Under the pieces are notes generated by a model. That model was not told the DNA's origin. It did no database searches and worked only from the letters and a program-made list of their open reading frames with translations. This document shows, piece after piece, positions 7,952-12,872 of a DNA stretch of 12,872 bases. The translations under genes and the position numbers were made by a program. The number at the start of each line of letters is the position of its first letter. Position 1 is the stretch's first letter. Source of the DNA: Oligoflexus sp. Its GTDB lineage: Bacteria; Bdellovibrionota_B; Oligoflexia; Oligoflexales; Oligoflexaceae. The stretch is from assembly GCA_041736305.1 (NCBI GenBank), contig JBGSTX010000311.1:1-12872 (forward strand), read 5' to 3'.

Positions 7952-9222
7952 CCGGCCTCCTGGTTTCTGATGGATTGGGCCTTTTTGCAGATGTTTTGAT
8001 GGCCTGCCCCGGTCTACTCATGGCCGAGCATTTGCCGATCGCTCGGCGGAACGGAAATCCTAAACGTTCCGACCTGCAACTGTTTTCCTATCAAGGCGGT
8101 AGTGCACCCTGGATTCCTTTAGCTCTCCAGCTCGATCCTCTCGACAAAGAGGGGAGTCTGCTTTTTCCAGATGATAAAGAATGGCTTTCTAAAGCGCTCG
8201 ACCCACGCGATCGCCTGAGCTTCGCTATCGATGGCTTCGGTAAACGCTTTGATGCTAAGTCGCCAGCCCCCTGTGCCCATACCCATTGGATAGAACTCGA
8301 AGAGCACGGACTTTATGCCTATCTCCTCGACTGCAACAAGGGAAGTGCGAGGACTTTTGAAAGCCCAGTTCTCCATGATGAAGCGCAACGCACTGTCACC
8401 TCGCCTTACTATAAATTTCATTATAGCGAAAGGAATCACCTAGTCTTCGATGAGATTCAGATCAACATGAAGGGTACGACAGATTTTTCTGCTGTCGCCG
8501 GTAAGTCTGACTTGCTTATCCTAGCGGATGTTAAAAATTTCTTTACGATGATTTTCGATGCGGAAAATTTTGATGCGCGGATAGTCCGGAAACGCAACGG
8601 GCCTCTTGGCCTCATGGGGGGCATGGAATTCTACTTAAAGATCATGGCTTTTCGCATCGAACTCGCGTTGATGCCGGAAGTCAACTTTTTCAATAATGCT
8701 CTCTTCATGCCCATGACCATGTTCTTGCCTATCGATGCGAAAAAATATCTGCATCGCGGCAGTGGTGTATATTACACCTGGGAAAGTAGTCCAGAGACGA
8801 TATGGCTGTTCGATGAAAGCAATATTGGTGAGCTCGACCTTTCGACGATAGATCCCGATTTTGAGGGAGAATCAGCCAAGCCATCGCCCGCTCACTGTAA
8901 TCAAGATCGCTGTCGCTTCAGCCTGGTGGGCAAGGTCAAAGGACGACGCTTTGTGATGGATTTTATCATTAGCCGTCAGGCAGCCGACTTAGGATTTTTC
9001 CCGCGTCTGATCAAAGACGTCGCTTCGATTGAGAAGAAGCTAGGGCGCTCAGTCAGCCGTTTTGAAAAGCAAAAAAGAATGGGCATCTATTTCGAATCCG
9101 CACGTCTTCCCAAAGGCACTCACGCCTGGGATTTTTGGATCTATTTTCCAGAGAAAGGGCTAGAGTGCGAGCACACGTTCAGTGTGCAAAACGTCAACCT
9201 TGTGAAGTCGAGTCCTCCATGA
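7897..9222 (+). CDS. Hypothetical exported protein (start uncertain; alternative ATG at 7999)
   Basis: 441-aa ORF. The basic then hydrophobic N-terminus looks signal-like. It overlaps the cyclase 3' end by 55 nt and its stop overlaps the next ATG. Composition is beta-rich and aromatic. No family recognised. Confidence 0.75.
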   Translation: MSIRTRKARRIWVEGSLLAGLLVSDGLGLFADVLMACPGLLMAEHLPIARRNGNPKRSDLQLFSYQGGSAPWIPLALQLDPLDKEGSLLFPDDKEWLSKALDPRDRLSFAIDGFGKRFDAKSPAPCAHTHWIELEEHGLYAYLLDCNKGSARTFESPVLHDEAQRTVTSPYYKFHYSERNHLVFDEIQINMKGTTDFSAVAGKSDLLILADVKNFFTMIFDAENFDARIVRKRNGPLGLMGGMEFYLKIMAFRIELALMPEVNFFNNALFMPMTMFLPIDAKKYLHRGSGVYYTWESSPETIWLFDESNIGELDLSTIDPDFEGESAKPSPAHCNQDRCRFSLVGKVKGRRFVMDFIISRQAADLGFFPRLIKDVASIEKKLGRSVSRFEKQKRMGIYFESARLPKGTHAWDFWIYFPEKGLECEHTFSVQNVNLVKSSPP

Positions 9223-9464
9223 GTTCCTATGGTGCCCCGCTGCTCTTTCATCTGCTACCCCTTGTGCCCCTTTTTTTTGGATTTAAATGGCTGGCGCTAG
9301 CGACACTGTTTCTAGTTATCGTAAGCTACGTCAAAGTCAAAAAAATTGAACAGCAGATTCGGGATTTGCAGCAAAAAAAAGGCCCCGCTGACGAGATTGC
9401 CGCTCTCGAAAAAGCCCAAAGCTTCTGGCTAGGCCTGACCTTTATGGGCAAGAAGAACTCGTGA
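9219..9464 (+). CDS. Small hypothetical membrane protein (81 aa)
   Basis: The ATG at 9219 overlaps the upstream TGA (ATGA). Hydrophobic N-terminal part (PLLFHLLPLVPLFFGFKWLALATLFLVIVSYV) followed by a short coiled-coil-like charged segment. Confidence 0.68.
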   Translation: MSSYGAPLLFHLLPLVPLFFGFKWLALATLFLVIVSYVKVKKIEQQIRDLQQKKGPADEIAALEKAQSFWLGLTFMGKKNS

Positions 9465-9482
9465 GACGAAGTCTCTCACGAG
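9458..9482. terminator. Hairpin between convergent genes, possible bidirectional terminator
   Basis: CTCGTGAGA (9458-9466) and TCTCACGAG (9474-9482) form a perfect 9-bp stem with a 7-nt loop, spanning the stop of the small gene and lying just downstream of sodB. No clear U-tract. Confidence 0.45.
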
Positions 9483-9497
9483 CGTCGGTCTTGCAGA

Positions 9498-10073
9498 TCA
9501 GAGCTGCTTTTCTACAAATTCCCAATTAACGAGAGACCAGAAGGCTTCGACATATTTAGCGCGAGCGTTGCGATAGTCGATATAGTAGGCGTGTTCCCAA
9601 ACGTCGCAGGTTAGTAGAGGTTTGAGTCCGCTGGTCATGGGATTTCCAGCATTGGCAGTTTTTTCCAGGGCTAAGCTGCCATCAGGCTTTTTAACCAGCC
9701 AGGCCCAACCGGAGCCGAACTGGGTAAGAGCGGCTTCGGTGAATTTTTCTTTAAAGGTCGGAAACGAACCGAATGCTTGCTTGATGCCATCGCCAAGCTT
9801 GCCTTTTGGTTCACCACCGCCTTTAGGCGATAGACAGTACCAGTAGAAAGTGTGATTCCAAACCTGTGCAGCATTGTTGAAGATACCGCCATCGGTAGTC
9901 TTGATAAGCTCTTCCAAGCTTTTGTCAGCAAGGGGTGAGCCTGCTACTAGCTTGTTGAGGTTGTCGACATAGGTTTGATGATGTTTGCCATAGTGAAACT
10001 CGAGGGTTTCTGCAGAAATGTGCGGCGCTAAAGCATTTTTGGGATAAGGTAGTTCGGGTAGTCTAAAGGTCAT
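9498..10073 (-). CDS. sodB: Superoxide dismutase [Fe]
   Basis: 'LPELPY...[23 protein letters not shown]', '[14 protein letters not shown]' (AAQ is the Fe-type signature, versus GGG in Mn-type), 'FGSGWAWL', 'NAGNP', '[15 protein letters not shown]'. AGGAG RBS upstream. Confidence 0.96.
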   Translation of the reverse strand: MTFRLPELPYPKNALAPHISAETLEFHYGKHHQTYVDNLNKLVAGSPLADKSLEELIKTTDGGIFNNAAQVWNHTFYWYCLSPKGGGEPKGKLGDGIKQAFGSFPTFKEKFTEAALTQFGSGWAWLVKKPDGSLALEKTANAGNPMTSGLKPLLTCDVWEHAYYIDYRNARAKYVEAFWSLVNWEFVEKQL

Positions 10074-10101
10074 AGTGGTCTCCTAAGAACGCATTTCAGC
10101 T

Positions 10102-10129
10102 ACTATAGCTGCGGCCTCCCGCAGATCAA
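10102..10129 (-). promoter_or_regulatory. Putative sigma70-type promoter of sodB
   Basis: On the minus strand: TTGATC (10129-10124), a 16-nt spacer, then TATAGT (10107-10102), about 28 nt upstream of the sodB ATG. Confidence 0.5.
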
Positions 10130-10237
10130 GAAATTAAGGGCTGTGTCGCTTCGTACAGCTAGATTGCTTTACCCGAATTTGGCTGCTAGGTTCCAAAAGT
10201 AGGCCCGGCTTCGGCTTAAAGATAAGGACAAAGATGC

Positions 10238-11575
10238 ATGGTCGCCAAGAATATTCTCTCTGCTGAAGGTCTCCTCATCGAAGATGCCTGGATACTGCGC
10301 GAACTCAGTCATGAGATGCCCCAGCGGGAGAGTATTGCAATAAAGGCAGGTCGAATAGTTGCGCTTGGGCCTAAAGAAGAGCTGAGGCAGAGGCTCGGAA
10401 AAGCTGAACGAATCAGCCTTCCCGGGCATCTCATTATTCCAGGTCTCATCAATGCTCACACTCACGCTAGTATGAGTTTTTTTCGTGGTTTAGGGCAGGT
10501 ACAACCGACGAGTGCTGCAGCTGATGCAAGTCTCATCGAAAATTTTTTCTTTCCTGCGGAAAAAGCTCTGACGCCTGACCTTATCGAAGCTCTCGCTTAT
10601 CCTTACCTGCTAGACGCTCTCAAGTCAGGCACAGTAGCTGTGGCTGATGCCTACTTTTTTATCGATGGAGTGGGCCGTGCTCTCGAACGCTTAGGCATGA
10701 GGGGCTTCATTGGCGAGCATGTGGCGGATCTTGGTGGGCCGCATCCAGCAGGCAAGCCTACTTGGGAGAAATATCGAGACAAGATAGAAAATTGGGAGTT
10801 TTCTTCGCGAGTTCAACCTCTAGTCTATGGCCATGCTACGGACACCCTTTCGTTCGGTTTGCTCCGGGAGATTGGGCAGTATGCGAAAGATCGCCAACTC
10901 CCTTTCCATATGCATCTTTCCCAGACTTTCGGTGAACGGGAGCGAGTCGAAAGCCGGGAAGGAAAGTCACCGGTACGCTATGCCTACGATGCTGGCGTGG
11001 TCCACGAGCGCTCGCTCCTCGTGCATTTGGTAAGCGCCGATAGCCAGGATTTTAAGCTGATTGCAGCTGAAGGTTCCCTCATTTGCCTCTGCCCTGCTTC
11101 GGAAGTCATTTATGAGAAACTCCCACCTCTGAAGCCTCTATTCGCCTCAGGCTCAAGAATCAGTCTAGGGACCGACTGCGCCGCCTCTAACGATACGGCC
11201 GATCTCTTGCAAGAAGCCCGTATTATGGCGCTCTTTGCGCGGCATGAAGGTATTCCCCTAGGGGCGGATGTGCTGGGGAAGATGGTGCTGAATGAAGCCG
11301 CGACTCTCTTCGCACCTCACGATCTGGGCAGCTTGAATCCGGGGCGGGCAGCTGATCTCGTTTGTATCAACTTAGGCCTCGAACTCGCCCCTTGGACCCG
11401 GCCTTCGACCAATCTATTCTTCTCTTCGATCTCTCGCCAGGTTGAACACGTGATGATTGATGGTCGATGGGTCCTCTGGGATCGGGAGCTCACTCTAGTC
11501 GCCGAAGCAGATCTTCAGCTTGAGTTCAATCGAGCCTTAGCGGAACTTAGGCAGCGAACTACTCTTCCCCTCTAA
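10238..11575 (+). CDS. Metal-dependent amidohydrolase, COG0402 (MtaD/TrzA/AtzA/guanine deaminase-like)
   Basis: AAGGA RBS. 'LIIPGLINAHTHASM' (HxH), 'LKSGT', 'FHMHLSQT', 'LVHLV', 'LCPAS', 'LGTDCAASN' (metal-ligand Asp), 'GSLNPGRAADLV', 'VEHVMIDGRWV'. Substrate cannot be assigned. Confidence 0.9.
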   Translation: MVAKNILSAEGLLIEDAWILRELSHEMPQRESIAIKAGRIVALGPKEELRQRLGKAERISLPGHLIIPGLINAHTHASMSFFRGLGQVQPTSAAADASLIENFFFPAEKALTPDLIEALAYPYLLDALKSGTVAVADAYFFIDGVGRALERLGMRGFIGEHVADLGGPHPAGKPTWEKYRDKIENWEFSSRVQPLVYGHATDTLSFGLLREIGQYAKDRQLPFHMHLSQTFGERERVESREGKSPVRYAYDAGVVHERSLLVHLVSADSQDFKLIAAEGSLICLCPASEVIYEKLPPLKPLFASGSRISLGTDCAASNDTADLLQEARIMALFARHEGIPLGADVLGKMVLNEAATLFAPHDLGSLNPGRAADLVCINLGLELAPWTRPSTNLFFSSISRQVEHVMIDGRWVLWDRELTLVAEADLQLEFNRALAELRQRTTLPL

Positions 11576-12249
11576 TGGCCGGAATTTGTAGGGCCCAGAG
11601 CGAAAAAATCAGTGACGATCACCTGAGCGAGCTGTTCCGAAAGAAGCTTCACCTTGGAGCGCAGGGCTTCCTCATAATGCAGAAAAGAACTTGATACCGA
11701 GCTGATGTTTTCGGGGCGAAGACTACTGAAAGTAGTTGATTGATTGTAAGACTTTTTAAAGAGGACTTTACGGGTTTTCAGATCATGCACCTCAATCACA
11801 AGGCCGAGACCTACCATTTCACTTGTGGTCCAGCTCCCTGCTCGCCGCAAGTTTCTGAAGTCTTCGGGACGCCACTTCTCGGTGTCCGTTACAGGCGGAT
11901 CTTTGGAAATGGCCTCTCGACTAGGCGTTCCTGTTGGTTGGACTTTTGCCTTAACGAGCCAGATGGTCATAAGCGCATCGGCCTGCTCCTGAGAACTGAC
12001 GATGAGCTGACCTCGCTTCGCAAACTCACGCTGTACAGCTGACCAGAGCAGCTCGTGAGGTATTACTTCGCGACTGGTATCGTAGACAGCCTCGATGGCT
12101 ATCGTGCGGATGCCAAGCGGGGCCTGCATAGCCGTGTTACTAAAGCGATAGGCACATGCTTGAGTAAAATGGATAGAAGCTGCAAGCAGAAACACCGGCA
12201 AAAGCTGCCTAATCTGGAACTGCAGAACTTTGGGTAAAATAAAGCTCAT
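11572..12249 (-). CDS. lptE: LptE-like LPS-assembly lipoprotein
   Basis: Likely start is the ATG at 12249 (GAGGA upstream), not 12420. Hydrophobic signal followed by 'TQACAYRF', similar to the CGY(R/H)F start of mature LptE. Also 'IRTIAIEAVYDTSRE', 'AVQREF...QEQADALM', 'VIEVHDLKTRKVLFKK' and a C-terminal helix 'LSEQLAQVIV'. Its stop overlaps the amidohydrolase stop by 4 nt. Confidence 0.62.
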   Translation of the reverse strand: MSFILPKVLQFQIRQLLPVFLLAASIHFTQACAYRFSNTAMQAPLGIRTIAIEAVYDTSREVIPHELLWSAVQREFAKRGQLIVSSQEQADALMTIWLVKAKVQPTGTPSREAISKDPPVTDTEKWRPEDFRNLRRAGSWTTSEMVGLGLVIEVHDLKTRKVLFKKSYNQSTTFSSLRPENISSVSSSFLHYEEALRSKVKLLSEQLAQVIVTDFFALGPTNSGH

Positions 12250-12315
12250 AGGCAGAACGATCCTCAGTAAGCTCGCTGGGTGTAGAAGGCCAAGGCAGAT
12301 AATAAGGAAGTGCAT

Positions 12316-12840
12316 ATGAGCTACTTCGGCAGCGATCAACGGCCTCGCCCCCCCGTAATACGCAGTCTGGCAAGTGCCGATGCTGCGTTCAATAACTGGG
12401 TAACTCAGAACGGGTATCATCTACTTCTTGATAAAGCTGGCGATCGATGGGATCTCGGGCTTCACCTCGAGCAATTGCCTCATCCTGACTATACGATAAA
12501 GCCCCTCTGTCGTCTGCACATTAGCCTCTCGAGTCACATTGATCAAGACAAGCTCATAAAGTCCGGGGTCCTGAACCCAGTGACCGACCGTCGACTTCTT
12601 TCCCTCATGGGTGCCGACCAGATTCCCATCAAGGTTCAGGTGAAAGTTTTGGAAGCTCGGTCGATCGACGCCATTAGGTCTGAATTTGCTTCTTATATCG
12701 TGAACTTAAGGTCAGAGCTAAAACAGCTTGAACTCGGGCCGCTCAAAAAGAGACTGATTGGGTCTTGGGTCAACAAGAAGAGTCGTTTTGGCTATGTATA
12801 TCAGGCTGAGACATTAGATAAGATTAGCCTTGATGTCTAA
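12316..12840 (+). CDS. Hypothetical cytoplasmic protein (174 aa)
   Basis: AAGGA (12304-12308) lies 7 nt before the ATG at 12316. The ORF fills the space divergent from lptE. No signal peptide, TM segment or recognised motif. Confidence 0.65.
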   Translation: MSYFGSDQRPRPPVIRSLASADAAFNNWVTQNGYHLLLDKAGDRWDLGLHLEQLPHPDYTIKPLCRLHISLSSHIDQDKLIKSGVLNPVTDRRLLSLMGADQIPIKVQVKVLEARSIDAIRSEFASYIVNLRSELKQLELGPLKKRLIGSWVNKKSRFGYVYQAETLDKISLDV

Positions 12841-12847
12841 GAGGTCT

Positions 12848-12872
12848 ATGTCCTATATTCCCACAGTTTTTT
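12848..12872 (+). CDS. Start of the next gene, possibly the ATP-dependent Clp protease proteolytic subunit (3'-truncated)
   Basis: GAGG closely precedes the ATG at 12848. The eight visible codons read MSYIPTVF, resembling the ClpP N-terminal (Y/L)IP(T/Y/M)V motif. Too short to be certain, and the RBS spacing is short. Confidence 0.33.

Noticed and set aside
9135-9218. Longer start for the small membrane protein
   Set aside because: It lies inside the upstream gene. The ATGA-coupled start at 9219 is more plausible.
9372-9386. A-run followed by G as a -1 frameshift site
   Set aside because: The canonical A_AAA_AAG is not in the reading frame, and I saw no supporting stimulatory structure.
115-12237. 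Numerous short alternative-frame and antisense ORFs in the track (e.g. 115-450, 3153-3458, 5125-5478, 8119-8439, 10169-10465, 11740-12042)
   Set aside because: They lie within or largely overlap well-supported genes and show no recognisable motifs, so I treated them as shadow ORFs.
12250-12420. ORF-track N-terminal extension of the LptE-like gene
   Set aside because: It would overlap the divergent gene head-to-head and push the lipoprotein signal far from the N-terminus. The ATG at 12249 has its own RBS.
1-12872. CRISPR arrays, tRNA/rRNA genes, IS elements, prophage or defence genes
   Set aside because: By eye I found no spaced direct repeats, cloverleafs, transposase/integrase motifs or marked compositional shift. 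Intergenic gaps are all under about 230 bp.

Overview
Gene-dense bacterial chromosomal window of roughly 50% GC (estimated by eye). The gene styles suggest Bdellovibrionota/Oligoflexia or a related deltaproteobacterial lineage (inference). I saw no RNA genes, mobile elements or CRISPR arrays. From left to right: (1) a + strand envelope operon of a 5'-truncated DUF1588/DUF1585-like protein with two CxxCH motifs and a C-terminal cytochrome c-like domain, a translationally coupled Tat-exported DUF1501 protein, and an outer-membrane beta-barrel with an NPA motif; (2) a convergent stand-alone family 5 ABC solute-binding protein; (3) a + strand operon led by a CHASE2 - class III adenylate cyclase - PilZ fusion, followed by an overlapping unknown exported protein and a small membrane protein; (4) sodB (Fe-SOD), divergent from a COG0402-type amidohydrolase that has HxxQ in place of HxxE; (5) an LptE-like lipoprotein, a divergent hypothetical gene, and possibly the first codons of clpP at the right edge. 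The best candidates for uncharacterised systems are the cyclase-PilZ operon (possible cAMP/c-di-GMP crosstalk) and the cytochrome-DUF1501-barrel operon.
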